Shown here one piece after another: positions 12,901 to 26,153 of a stretch of 64,000 nt of DNA. This DNA comes from Macrostomum lignano. Taxonomy: Eukaryota. The notes under the pieces were generated by a model. That model saw only the letters and a list, made by a program, of their open reading frames with translations. It searched no databases and had not been told where the DNA came from. A program made the position numbers and the translations under genes. The stretch lies in NCBI GenBank assembly GCA_002269645.1, contig NIVC01001278.1, forward strand, positions 1 to 64,000, given 5' to 3'. The first letter of the stretch is position 1. Each line of letters opens with the position of its first letter.

Positions 12901-15900
12901 TTAAGGATTAGGGCTTGGGATTTTAAGGATTAGGGCCTGGGATTTTAAAGAGTTGGGAATGGGATTTTAAGGATTAGGGACTGAGATTTTAAAGATTAGG
13001 GCCTGGGATTTTAAGGATTAAGGCCTAAGATTTTAAGGTTTAGGGCCTGGGATTTTAAGGAGTTGGGAATGGGATTTTAAAGATTTGGGAATGGGGGTTT
13101 TAAGGATTTGGGATTTGAGTTTTAAGTTTAAAGGATAAAAATGATTATGAACTGGCACCTTGAATCCAATTGCCCATCCAGATGAGACCAACCGCTCTAT
13201 GGCCGGCCTTATCCTGAAGAACAACATCAAGAATCACTACCAGCTCTATCCTGCCGAAGTGCTGGAATGCGTCAAGCGAGCCTGTCTTGCCTGTCTTGGC
13301 GACCGCTCCGCAATGATCCGGGCCACTGTTGGCACTATCATCACCACCATGGTGTCCAAGGCCCGGCTCGAGGCATGGCCCGAGCTCATGCCTCATCTGG
13401 TTGCTAGCCTAGACTCCGGAGACGAATTCTTAGTCGAAGGTTCGTTCAGCGCTATGCACAAAATTTGTGAAGATTCCAAACAGCTGCTGGAGGATACGCC
13501 CGTGTCGCAGCCGCTTGGCATTCTTATACCGAAGTTTATCGAGTTTACTGGGCATCGCAATGCGAAGGTGAGCATCTTTCTGTAGTTTTGGGAGGGGATC
13601 TCAGCTCACCGGTGATACCTGTTGTCTCGACCTTCACTCACCGGTGATACCTGCTGTCTCACCGGTGATACCTGTTGTCTCGACCTTCACTCACCGGTGA
13701 TTCCTGCTGTCTCACCGGTGATACCTGTTGTCTCGACCTTCACTCACCGGTGATTCCTGCTGTCTCACCGGTGATACCTGTTGTCTCGATCTTTACTGCT
13801 GGTGATACCTGTTGTCTCGATCTTCACACACTGGTAGTACCTGTTGTCTCAATCTTCACTCACCGGTAATACCCATTGTCTCGATTTTCACTCACCAGTG
13901 ATACCTGTTGTCTCGATCTTGACTCACCGGTAATACCCATTGTCTCGATTTTCACTCACCAGTGATACCTGTTGTCTCGATCTTCACTCATCAGTAATAC
14001 CTGTTGTCTCGATCTTCACTCATCAGTAATACCTGTTGTCTCGATCTTCACTCATCAGTAATACCTGTTGTCTCGATCTTCACTCATCAGTAATACCTGT
14101 TGTCTCGATCTTCACTCATCAGTAATACCTGTTGTCTCGATCTTCACTCATCAGTAATACCTGTTGTCTTGATCTTGACTCACCGGTAATACCTGTTGTC
14201 TCGATCTTGACTCGCCAGTAATACCTGTTGACTCGATCTTCACTCACTGATAATTCCTGTGCTATTCTCTTAACTTGACTCACAGGTAATACCTCCCCTC
14301 TCCATCTTGTCAACCCCAATTCCAGGTTCGCTCCCTGGCCCTAGGCTGCATCAACCAGTTCATCGGCGGTCACTCCCAGGCGCCTATGCAATATCTGGAC
14401 CGCCTATTGGAAAGCGTGTTCCGTTTAGCTGAGGATACAGACACCGAGGTGCGCAAACAGGTCTGCTCGTCACTGGTGCTGCTAGTGGACTCTCGTATGG
14501 GCTACCTGCTGCCCTATATGACCAGCATACTAGAGTTCATGCTGCTCAGGACTCAGGATCCCGACGAGTTTGTAGCTCAGGAGGCATGCGAACTCTGGCT
14601 TGCCATTGCTGATCAGGTAGGCTCTCGGTTTAATTATGACCCCGTGTCCTTTGTTTTATGACCCCATGTGTTCAGCTCTATGACCCGTGTACCCAGTCTA
14701 TGACCCGTGTCCCCAGTCTGTGACCCCGTGTCCCCAGTCTATGAGCCCGTGTCCCGTCTATGACCCCGTGTACCCAGTCTATGATCCCGTGTCCCCCGTC
14801 TATGACCCCGTGTCCCCAGTCTATGACCCCGTGTCCCCGTCTATGACCCTTGCCCCCAGTCTATGAGCCCGTGTCCCCCGTCTATGACCCCGTGTACCCA
14901 GTCTATGACCCCGTGTACCCAGTCTATGACCCTTGCCCCTAGTCTATGACCCCGTGTCCCCAGTCTATGAGCCCGTGTCCCGTATATGACCCCGTGTACC
15001 CAGTCTATGATCCCGTGTCCCCCGTCCATGACCCCGTGTCCCCAGTCTATGACCCCGTGTCCCCGTCTATGACCCTTGCCCCAGTCTATGAGCCCGTGCC
15101 CCCCGTCTATGACCCCGTGTACCCAGTCTATGACCCTTGCCCCCAATCTATGACCCCGTGTACCTAGTCTATGACCCCGTGTACCTAGTCTATGACCCCG
15201 TGTACCCAGTCTGTGACCCCGTGTACCCAGTCTATCACCACGTGTCCCCTGTCTATGAGCCCGTGTCCCCCGTCTATGACCCCGTTTACCCAGTCTATGA
15301 CCCTTGCCCCCAGTCTATGACCCCGTGTCCCCAGTCTATGACCCCGTGTCCCCGTCTATGACCCTTGCCCCCAGTCTATGAGCCTGTGTACCCAGTCTAT
15401 GACCCTTGCCCCAAGTCTATGACCCCGTGTACCTAGTCTATGACCCCGTGTACCCAGTCTATGACCACGTGTCCCCAGTCTATGAGCCCGTGTCCCCCGT
15501 CTATGACCCCGTTTACCCAGTCTATGACCCTTGCCCCCAGTCTATGACCCCGTGTCCCCCGTCTATGACCCTTGCCCCCAGTCTATGACCCCGTGCCCCA
15601 GGTCTATGACCCGTGTACCCAGTCTATGACCTTGTGTCTTTAATCTTGAGCCTGCAAAGCTGACTCCGCGCCAACGCATTGATTTCAGCCCAATTGTCAG
15701 GAGCTGCTGCGGCCCTACCTGCCAAAGCTGATCCCGGTGCTCTGCCGCGGCATGAAGTACTCAGAAAGCGACGCCGAGGCGCTAGAATTGGAGAATCGCG
15801 AGGACGCGCACATCCCAGATCGCGAGAGCGACATCCGGCCTCGGTTTCACAGGACCCGGTCGAAGACGGCTTCCCAGCATCTGCACGACTGCGCAGCGGG

Positions 15901-18900
15901 TGGCGGCGGCGCATCCGGCGAAGATGCCGACGCCTCAGGCGGGCTGGAGCAGCAGCAGCAGGATCTGCTGTTGCTGGCCGAGTCTGGCGACGCTGACGAT
16001 TCTGGCGGTGGCGGAGACGACATTCTGAGCAGCTGGAATCTCAGGAAGTGCTCAGCGGCCGCCCTGGATGTTCTAGCTAATGTGTTCCGCGACGAGCTGC
16101 TTGAGCACCTGCTGCCCATTCTCAAGGACACGCTGCTCAGCGAACGCTGGGATGTCAAGGAGTCTGGCATACTCATCCTTGGCGCAGTGGCCGAAGGCTG
16201 CCTTCAAGGCGTCACGGCCTACCTGCCGGAACTGTTCAGGCTGCTGCTCACCTGTCTGCAGCACGCCAAGCCTCTGGTCCGCTCCATCACCTGTTGGACT
16301 CTGTCCCGCTATGCTCACTGGATTGTGACTCAACCGCACGAGCTGTGCCTGAAGCCGCTGCTATACGAATTGCTCAATAGAATTCTGGACACTAATAAAC
16401 GAGTTCAAGAGGCCGCCTGTTCCGCGTTCGCCACGCTAGAAGAGGAAACGTGCAGCGATCTGGTGCCCTACCTGGGCGATATTGTGCAGACTTTGGTGTT
16501 CGCTTTTCAGCGATATCAGCATAAGAACTTGCTCATACTGTACGATGCCATCGGCACACTGGCTGACTCTGTTGGCTCCCATCTCAACCAGGAGGCATTC
16601 GTTCAGCTATTGATGCCCAGGCTGTTCCAAAAATGGGAGAGTCTTAACGACGATGACAAAGACCTGTTCCCGTTGCTGGAGTGCTTGAGTAGCTTGGCCA
16701 CAGCTCTTGGTGTTGGCTTCCTGCCCTACTGCGGGCCCGTGTTCGCGTGAGTAATCGTTCTGTTTATTGTTTTTTGATATTTAGGGAGTTTTATCCTGCC
16801 CTCTCATCAACTGTCTCCCCCTGTTCTCATTAACTGTCTCACCCTGTTCTCATCAACTGTCTCACCCTGTTCTCATCATCTGTCTCACCCTGTTCTCATC
16901 AACTGTCTCACCCTGTTCTCATCATCTGTCTCACCCTGTTCTCATCATCTGTCTCACCCTGTTCTCATCATCTGTCTCACCCTGTTCTTATCAACTGTCT
17001 CACCCTGTTCTCATCAACTGTCTCACCCTGTTCTCATCAACTGTCTCACCCTGTTCTCATCATCTGTCTCACCCTGTTCTCATCAACTGTCTCACCCTGT
17101 TCTCATCATCTGTCTAGGGGGATAGGGAGTGACACTGGGAGATAGGGAGGGACACTGGGAGATAGGGAGTGATACTGGGAGATAGGGAATGACACTGGGA
17201 GATAGGGAGTGATACTGGGAGATAGGGAGTGATACTGGGAGATAGGGAATGACACTGGGAGATAGGGAGTGATACTGGGAGATAGGGAATGACACTGGGA
17301 GATAGGGAGTGATACTGGGAGATAGGGAGTGATACTGGGAGATAGGGAGTGATACTGGGAGATAGGGAGGGACACTGGGAGATAGGTAATGACACTGGGA
17401 GATAGGGAGTGATACTGGGAGATAGGGAGGGACACTGGGAGATAGGTAATGACACTGGGAGATAGGGAGTGATACTGGGAGATAGGGAGGGACACTGGGA
17501 GATAGGGAGGGACACTGGGAGATAGGGAATGACACTGGGAGATAGGGAGTGATACTGGGAGATAGGGAGGGACACTGGGAGATAGGTAATGACACTGGGA
17601 GATAGGGAGTGATACTGGGAGATAGGGAGTGATACTGGGAGATAGGGAGGGACACTGGGAGATAGGGAGTGATACTGGGAGATAGGGAGTGATACTGGGA
17701 GATAGGGAGTGACACTGGGAGATAGGGAGTGACACTGGGAGATAGGGAGTGATACTGGGAGATAGGGAGTGATACTGGGAGATAGGGAGTGACAATGGGA
17801 GATAGGGAGTGATACTGGGAGATAGGGAGTGACACTGGGAGATAGGGAGTGACACTGGGAGATAGGGAGTGATACTGGGAGATAGGGAGTGACAATGGGA
17901 GATAGGGAGTGATACTGGGAGATAGGGAATGACACTGGGAGATAGGGAGTGACACTGGGAGATAGGGAGTGATACTGGGAGATAGGGAGTGATACTGGGA
18001 GATAGGGAGTGATACTGGGAGATAGGGAGTGATACTGGGAGATAGGGAATGACACTGGGAGATAGGGAGTGATACTGGGAGATAGGGAGTGATACTGGGA
18101 GATAGGGAGTGACAATGGGAGATAGGGAGTGATACTGGGAGATAGGGAGTGATACTGGGAGATAGGGAGTGATACTGGGAGATAGGGAGTGATACTGGGA
18201 GATAGGGAATGACACTGGGAGATAGGGAGTGATACTGGGAGATAGGGAGTGATACTGGGAGATAGGGAGTGACAATGGGAGATAGGGAGTGATACTGGGA
18301 GATAGGGAGTGATACTGGGAGATAGGGAGTGATACTGGGAGATAGGGAGTGATACTGGGAGATAGGGAGTGATACTGGGAGATAGGGAGTGACACTGGGA
18401 GATAGGTAATGACACTGGGAGATAGGGAGGGACACTGGGAGATAGGGAGTGATACTGGGAGATAGGGAGTGATACTGGGAGATAGGGAGTGACAATGGGA
18501 GATATGAGGGATACTGGGAGATAGGGAGGGACACTGGGAGATAGGGAGGGACACTGGGAGATAGGGAGTGATACTGGGAGATAGGGAGTGATACTGGGAG
18601 ATAGGGAGGGACACTGGGAGATAGGAGGGACAATGGGAGATAGGGAGGGACACTGGGAGATAGGGAGGGACACTGGGAGATAGGGAGTGGCACTGGGAGA
18701 TAGGAGGGACACTGGGAGATAGGGAGGGACACTGGGAGATAGGGAGGGACACTGGGAGATAGGGAGGACACTGGGAGATAGGGAGGGACACTGGGAGATA
18801 GGGAGGGACACTGGGAGATAGGGAGGGACACTGGGAGATAGGTAGTGGCACTGGGAGATAGGAGGGACACTGGGAGATAGGGAGGGACACTGGGAGATAG

Positions 18901-21900
18901 GGAGGGACACTGGGAGATAGGGAGGGACACTGGGAGATAGGGAGGGACACTGGGAGATAGGGAGGGACACTGGGAGATAGAAGGGACACTGGAAGAAGAG
19001 TTCACGACAGAAAAAATGACAGGATAGGCTTTGAAGGACAGGATAAACATGAAGGCTTTGAATGCTTGCTTACAATGGGACTATTTGAGTGGGTGTTCAG
19101 CCAAAGCACTCTTTGAATTAACTACTCAGTTTTAATTGCCCCATATCTCTAAAAAAGGGACATCTCAATACAGTAATGGATTTTGGGCGGAGCAGTTCTC
19201 AATATTCCTCAACTCCCCCGCTCTTTTTCTTTATCTATCCATTTTCTTGCCAAATCTAGTCTAAAAGTGCATGCCTTATTGTCCCGTCTCTTGCTCGCAG
19301 ATGAGGCCCGAACGAGTTTTTGGACTGGGAGGGGGTTATCCTCGCCGGGGAGAGGATTAATTTGAATTCGATATTCGCTATGTTGCCTTAAATCCCTTCG
19401 CCCCGCCGTCCCGCTTCGGCTTGTTCGATCCCCCTTGGGCTGGGGTGTGTTGCAGGGGAAAAGTTGTGCATTTTCGAGTTGGCTTAGGCCTGTCCGGTAT
19501 GCACTTTGTCTCTGACAAATATTGATCAAATACACGCCTTTTTATGCGCCCAATAAATTATTTAATACGTACTGCGCCTAGTGACAACTTGGCACACTTG
19601 TGAGCCCGCTCTTGCAATTGACTCAACTTGGAGGCACGCCAAGCCTTCATTCCTGGCTTGCTCTTTGTTCGGTTAAAGCAAATAGATCGTGCAAGACCAC
19701 TCGGATCTCAGAATTTTGATCCCTAGATCTGGAGATCCCAGAATTATGATCCCCAAATCATGAGGTCCCAGAGTTATAATCCTCGAATCATAAAATCCCA
19801 TAATAATGATCCCCAAATCATGGGATCTCAGAATCATGATTCCCAAATCATTAAGTGTCATAATAATAATCCCCAATTCTCGAGATCCCAGAATTATTAT
19901 CCTCGAGTCATGAGATCCCAGAATTAGAATCCCCAAATCATGAGATCCCAGAATTATGATCCTCAAATCGTCAGATCTCAGAATCATGATCCCCAAATCA
20001 TAAAATGCCATAATAATGATCCCCAAATCATAAAGTCCCATAATAATGATCCCCAAATCTCGAGATCCCAGATTTATTATCCCCAAATCTCGAGATCCCA
20101 GATTTATTATCCCCAAATCACGAGATCCCAAAATTATGATCCTCAAATCTTGATATACCAGAAGTATGAATCGAAATTAACCTTAAATTTCTATAATTAT
20201 GATACCAAATGGATCCTCAAATCCCAAGAATCATGATCCCTAAATCACACAAGTATCGCTCACTAATCCTAGCTAATTCTCCCCGAAATCCCCACCCTGT
20301 CTTTTAGCCGTTGCGTCCGCCTGGTTGAGACCACCCTGCGCCAGCAGCAGCTGCACTTCCAGAACCCGGAAGCAAACGAAGCGCCAGACAAAGATTTCAT
20401 GATAGTCAGCCTGGACTTGCTCAGCGGAGTTGCCGAAGGCCTGGGCTCGGAGATTCAGCCACTGGTGCAGGGCTCGCCAATTCTAGACCTGCTCTACCAC
20501 TGCATGCAGGACTCGCAACCCATTGTCAGGCAGAGCGCCTTCGCACTGCTCGGCGATCTTAGCAAGGCCTGCTTTGATCAGCTGCGACCGGCTGTTGGCA
20601 ATTTTCTAATGGTGCTGGCCGCTAATCTTAATCCAGTTAATATCAGCGTATGCAATAATGCTATCTGGGCTATCGGCGAGATCTCCATTCGATTGGGTTT
20701 GTACTCTTGTGCTGCTAATTCGTCTGAAATTTATCCCCAAATCACCTGATCCCATTGTCATGATCCCTAAATCCTCAGATCCCATTGTTATGATCCCTAA
20801 ATCAGCTGATCCGATTGTTATGATCCCCAAATCCTCAGATCCCATTGTTATGATTCCCAAATCCTCAGATCCCATTGATATGATTCCCAAATCCTCAGAT
20901 CCCATTGATATGATCCCCAAATCACCTGATCCCATTGTCATGATCCCTAAATCCTCAGATCCCATTGTTATGATCCCTAAATCCTCAGATCCCATTGTTA
21001 TGATCCCCAAATCCTCAGATCCCATTGTTATGATACCAAAATCCTCAGATCCCATTGTTATGATTCCCAAATCCTCAGATCCCATTGTTATGATCCCCAA
21101 ATCCTCAGATCCCATTGTTATGATACCAAAATCCTCAGATCCCATTGTTATGATCCCCAAATCCTCAGATCCCATTGTTATGATTCCCAAATCCTCAGAT
21201 CCCATTGTTATGATACCAAAATCAGCTGATCCCATTGTTATGATCCCCAAATCACCTGATCCCATTGTCATGATCCCTAAATCCTCAGATCCCATTGTTA
21301 TGATCCCTAAATCCTCAGATCCCATTGTTATGATCCCCAAATCCTCAGATCCCATTGTTATGATACCAAAATCCTCAGATCCCATTGTTATGATTCCCAA
21401 ATCCTCAGATCCCATTGTTATGATCCCCAAATCCTCAGATCCCATTGTTATGATACCAAAATCCTCAGATCCCATTGTTATGATCCCCAAATCCTCAGAT
21501 CCCATTGTTATGATTCCCAAATCCTCAGATCCCATTGTTATGATACCAAAATCAGCTGATCCCATTGTTATGATCCCCAAATCACCTGATCCCATTGTCA
21601 TGATCCCTAAATCCTCAGATCCCATTGTTATGATCCCCAAATCCTCAGATCCCATTGTTATGATACCAAAATCCTCATATCCCATTGTTATGATCCCCAA
21701 ATCCTCAGATCCCATTGTTATGATACCAAATCCTCAGATCCCATTGTTATGATACCAAAATCCTCATATCCCATTGTTATGATCCCCAAATCCTCAGATC
21801 CCATTGTTATGATCCCCAAATCCTCAGATCCCATTGTTATGATACCAAAATCCTCAGATCCCATTGTTATGATACCAAAATCCTCATATCCCATTGTTAT

Positions 21901-24900
21901 GATCCCCAAATCCTCAGATCCCATTGTTATGATCCCCAAATCCTCAGATCCCATTGTTATGATACCAAAATCCTCATATCCCATTGTTATGATCCCCAAA
22001 TCCTCAGATCCCATTGTTATGATACCAAAATCCTCAGATCCCATTGTTATGATTCCCAAATCCTCAGATCCCATTGATATGATCCCCAAATCCTCAGATC
22101 CCATTGTTATGATCCCCAAATCACCTGATTACATTGTTATGATTCCAGCTCACCTGATCCCATTTGATTTCTATGATCCCTAAATCCTCAGATCTTATTG
22201 TTATGATCCCCAAATCACCTGATCTCATTGTTATGATCCCAAAATCACCTGACTTCATTATCAAAATCCCCAGATCCTATTTCTATGACTCCCAACTCAC
22301 TTGATCCCATTGTTATGATCCCCAAATCAGATTTTATTCCCTAACTGTCCTGGTCTTCTCGGTAATCCTGATAGCCTAAAAACTATAAACATCCCTTAAA
22401 CCCGAACCGCTCCCAATCTAAGGCTCGGAAATCAAGCCGTACGTGGAGAAGATCATAGACCCGCTGACTGACATCATTAACCGCACCAATACGCCCAAGA
22501 CTCTGCAGGAGAATACGGGTGAGCTGGTTGCCAACTTAAATAATTGGCAAATTTGTCTGCGGTAGGAAGGTGTACTGTACTTTTATTTATATTCATTATT
22601 TTGTCTGCCAATATTTCTGACGCTACCAAATGAGAACAAGTCCAACCTCTGTCTGTTCTGTTGTAGTAGTATTTAATGAGGCCAACTAAGTGGTGGCATT
22701 ATTGTCTGCTTATTACTCAACCCACTAATTGTCCCGTTTAATTAGTTATTTGTTTTTATTACCTTTTGGTGTGTCTCTGTCGTCTCTCTCTCTCGCTCTT
22801 CAACTCGCTGTCTGTCAACTTATATACACAACATATCGGCGTCTTCCCTCACTCCGAGTCGCTAACTGTCTGTGAACTTATCTACACTACATATCGGCGT
22901 TTTCTCTCACTTCGAATCGCTATCTGTAAAGTTGTCTACACTACATATCGGCGTTTTCTCTCACTCCGAATCGCTATCTGTAAAGTTATCTACACTACAT
23001 ATCGGCGACTTCTCTCACTCCAAATCGCTAACCATCTGTAAAGCTGTCTACACTACATATCGGCGACTTCAATCACTCCAAATCGCTGTTTGTAAACTTA
23101 TCTACACAACATATTGGCAACGTCTTTCTCGCTTCTTCGACTCTCTGTCTGTAAAGTTATCTACTCTACATATCGGCAACGTCGAAACCAATGTATCTGC
23201 TCCAGTTATATATTTAAATATGTTATATAATTATATATACGCTCGTAATTACACAAAAACTACATAAATTCTCTCTACGAGCAGCACTTTTCATTCGTTA
23301 CTTGATTCATAATTGTATAGTATTTTTCATGAGAAATATTTAGATATACTACTGCTTAATCTAGTAGTAAAGTATATTTAATAAAACTTGTGTCTATTAT
23401 TTATTGTAAATTTAAATTTATATACAGTTTATTTTTACATGATACGAATACAATGTACATACCTGTCATTATCCCATCAATTTTCTATTGTAGCGATCAC
23501 TATTGGCCGGTTGGGTCTCGTCTGTCCGATGGAAGTTGCCCCCTACATGTCCAGATTTCTTAGACAATGGTACTTAATTGCTCTCTTAATTGTGCTTTGC
23601 TTTCAACCATTGTGTTTTATATTTGATAGTGTGTCTCTCTATATTGTGCTTTGTTTATAAAGCTTTTGCATTACATTCATGAGGGAATAGAATGGATTGC
23701 TAATCTAGCCAGAATCATTGATGAGGGAATAGAATGGATTGCTAATCTAGCCAACATCACTGATGAAGGAATAGAATGGATTGCTAATCTAGCCAACATC
23801 ACTGATGAAGGAATAGAATGGATTGCTAATCTAGCCAACATCACTGATGAAGAAATAGAATGGATTGCTAACCTAGCCAGCATCACTGATGAAGGAATAG
23901 AATGGATTGCTAATCTAGCCAGCATCACTGATGAAGGAATAGAATGGATTGCTAATCTAGCCAACATCACTGATGAAGGAATAGAATGGATTGCTAATCT
24001 AGACAACATCACTGATGAAGGAATATAATGGATTGCTAATCTAGCCAGCATCACTGATGAAGGAATAGAATGGATTGCTAATCTAGCCAATATCACTGAT
24101 GAAGGAAAAGAATGGATTGCTAATCTAGCCAGCATCACTGATGAAAGAATAGAATGGATTGCTAATCTAGCCAACATCACTGATGAAGGAATAGAATGGA
24201 TTGGTAATCTAGCCAGAATCACGGATGAAGGAATAGAATGGATTGCTAATCTAGCCAGCATCACTGATGAAGGAATAGAATGGATCGCTAATCTAGCCAA
24301 CATCACTGATGAAGGAATAGAATGGATTGCTAGTCTAGCCAACATTACTGATGAAGGAATAGAATGGATTGCTAGTCTAGCCAACATTACTGATGAACGA
24401 ATAGAATGGATTGCTAATCTAGCCAACATTACTGATGAACGAATAGAATGGATTGCTAGTCTAGCCAACATCACTGATGAACGAATAGAATGGATTGCTA
24501 GTCTAGCCAACATCACTGATGAACGAATAGAATGGATTGCTAGTCTAGCCAACATTACTGATGAACGAATAGAATGGATTGCTAATCTAGCCAACATTAC
24601 TGATGAACGAATAGAATGGATTGCTAGTCTAGCCAACATCACTGATGAACGAATAGAATGGATTGCTAGTCTAGCCAACATCACTGATGAACGAATAGAA
24701 TGGATTGCTAGTCTAGCCAACATCATAATTAGAAGAGTAAAATGGATCGCTAATCTAGCCCAAATACTGATGAAGGGATAGATCCATAGATATATCTAGT
24801 CTCATGAAATTGTTATTATTATTATTTTGCCTGCTGTCCAGTATATTTTCGTCACTTCATCTTAGCATTCGCAAATAATTACTAACAGTAGCTTATAGAT

Positions 24901-26138
24901 CATTTTGTGAAAAAATCTAGGACTCTGTATAGTTTTCATATCGCAGTCTAGTCTTCTATTCTGTTAACCGAACGCCATCAACAGGTGCCTCTCGTTGCGC
25001 AATATTCGCGATAACGAGGAGAAGGACAGCGCATTCCGTGGCATCTGCAATCTGATTAACATCAAGCCGGATGTGGTGGTCAATGAATTCATCTACTTCT
25101 GCGACTCGGTGGCCTCTTGGAGCGAGCCCCAGCCCGATCTTAAGGAGATGTTTCACAAGGTAAACAGATTAGTAATGTCCATTGAGAATCCTCATTCAAA
25201 TCCCCATTGAGAATCCTCATTCAAATCCCCATTGAGAATCCTCATTCAAATCCCCATTGAGAATCCCCTTTCAAATCCCCATTGAGAATCCTCATTCAAA
25301 TCCCCATTGAGAATCCTCATTCAAATCCCCATTGAGAATCCTCATTCAAATCCCCATTGAGAATCCTCATTCAAATCCCCATTGAGAATCCTCATTCAAA
25401 TCCCCATTGAGAATCCCCTTTCAAATCCCCATTGAGAATCCTCATTCAAATCCCCATTGAGAATCCTCATTCAAATCCCCATTGAGAATCCTCATTCAAA
25501 TCCCCATTAAGAATCCTCATTCAAATCCCCATTAAGAATCCTCATTCAAATCCCCATTGAGAATCCTCATTGAGAATCCTCATTCAAATCCCCATTGAGA
25601 ATCCTCATTCAAAACCCCATTAAGAATCCTCATTCAAATCCCCATTGAGAATCCTCATTCAAATCCCCATTGAGAATCCTCATTCAAATCCCCATTGAGA
25701 ATCCTCATTCAAATCCCCATTGAGAATCCCCTTTCAAATCCTCATTCAAATCCCCATTGAGAATCCTCATTCAAATCCCCATTAAGAATCCTCATTCAAA
25801 TCCCCATTAAGAATCCTCATTCAAATCCCCATTGAGAATCCTCATTGAGAATCCTCATTCAAATCCCCATTGAGAATCCTCATTCAAATCCCCATTGAGA
25901 ATCCTCATTCAAATCCCCATTGAAAATCCTCATTGAGAATCCTCATTCAAATCCCCATTGAGAATCCCCTTTCAAATCCCCATTTTTAAATCCCCATTGA
26001 GGATCCCGCAAACCGTGAATTTCCCTCCAGATAATATTTGCCGTCAAGGAGAATGTCGGACCGGAGAACTGGGCCAAGTTCTGGGCCCAGTGTCCCCCGC
26101 TGCTTAAAGAGCGACTTCACGCTCAGTATGGACTGTGA
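6928..26138 (+). CDS. TNPO1: Transportin-1/2 (importin beta-2, karyopherin beta-2), 10 coding exons, 919 aa
   Basis: Exons 6928-7035, 12047-12119, 13182-13567, 14326-14616, 15689-16746, 20308-20696, 22423-22518, 23494-23569, 24985-25159 and 26031-26138; all GT-AG, total 2760 nt in frame. Motifs: [25 protein letters not shown]...[53 protein letters not shown]-terminal [11 protein letters not shown]. The start could instead be the ATG at 6937. Confidence 0.95.
8130..9681. mobile_element. hAT-like non-autonomous element C, inserted in B
   Basis: TIR TAGGGGTCCCAA(A)TCC (8130-8145 / 9666-9681); perfect 8-bp TSD gtgccatg (8122-8129, 9682-9689); ATCCCGGGA-type subterminal repeats at both ends. Confidence 0.88.
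8297..9084. mobile_element. Putative PIF/Harbinger-like MITE D, inserted in C
   Basis: 13-bp inverted core CCATTCCATATAA (8301-8313 / 9069-9081), with termini GGGCC/GAGCC. Flanked by tag...tag (3-bp TSD, or TA). Four internal TGTTACGACCA(T/C)AA motifs. Confidence 0.55.
12300..13130. repeat. 22-bp minisatellite in transportin intron 2 (ggattttaaggattagggcttg)
   Basis: Period 22; interrupted by the MITE; degenerate edges. Confidence 0.9.
12499..12670. mobile_element. Palindromic MITE (172 bp, CAT...ATG ends, 8-bp TSD; P-element-like)
   Basis: About 60-bp imperfect inverted arms (12506-~12568 / ~12598-12661). TSD gcttggga at 12491-12498 and 12671-12678. It interrupts the 22-bp array of intron 2. 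Confidence 0.8.
13604..14295. repeat. 32-bp minisatellite in transportin intron 3
   Basis: tcacc/tcagtaatacctgttgtctcgatcttcac; period 32 (13981, 14013), with some 20-bp subunits. Confidence 0.9.
14633..15635. repeat. 21-bp minisatellite in transportin intron 4 (tatgaccccgtgtacccagtc)
   Basis: Period 21 (14881, 14902, 14923), with 20-bp variants. Confidence 0.92.
16795..17115. repeat. 23-bp minisatellite in transportin intron 5
   Basis: ctgtctcaccctgttctcatcaa; period 23. Confidence 0.9.
17117..18990. repeat. 20-bp G-rich minisatellite in transportin intron 5 (gatagggagtgatactggga)
   Basis: Period 20 over about 1.9 kb; abuts the 23-bp array. Confidence 0.95.
19715..20240. repeat. 30-bp minisatellite in transportin intron 5 (atgatccccaaatcatgagatcccagaatt)
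   Basis: Period 30; GATCCC recurs about every 15 bp. Confidence 0.88.
20730..22330. repeat. 30-bp minisatellite in transportin intron 6 (atgatccccaaatcctcagatcccattgtt)
   Basis: Period 30 over about 1.6 kb; related to the array at 19715-20240. Confidence 0.95.
22800..23180. repeat. 54-bp minisatellite in transportin intron 7
   Basis: ctacatatcggcg anchors at 22887, 22941 and 22995. Confidence 0.85.
23668..24785. repeat. 42-bp minisatellite family, copy 1 (transportin intron 8)
   Basis: gaaggaatagaatggattgctaatctagccaacatcactgat, about 26 units. Confidence 0.95.
25178..26003. repeat. 25-bp minisatellite in transportin intron 9 (attgagaatcctcattcaaatcccc)
   Basis: Period 25 (25201, 25226). 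Confidence 0.93.
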
Positions 26139-26153
26139 ACTCATGGTGAGTGG

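Noticed and set aside
12300-13130. TTAGGG within the 22-bp unit as interstitial telomere
   Set aside because: One hexamer per unit, often mutated; no tandem (TTAGGG)n.
17092-19050. Long ORFs (350-1000 aa) in repeat arrays, also at 20606-22183, 23677-24726, 30422-31777, 36458-37864, 38491-41530, 44612-45892 and the ATCT/GTCT runs
   Set aside because: They are translations of stop-free tandem units, open in several frames at once, and mostly lie inside introns.
19049-19650. 10-bp inverted repeat atgaaggctt/aagccttcat as MITE ends
   Set aside because: It does not extend and has no TSD; expected by chance.
23668-24785. CTGATGA in each 42-bp unit (hammerhead ribozyme core or C/D snoRNA box)
   Set aside because: No consistent stem II + GAAA or cleavage-site stems, and no C/D terminal stem could be built.
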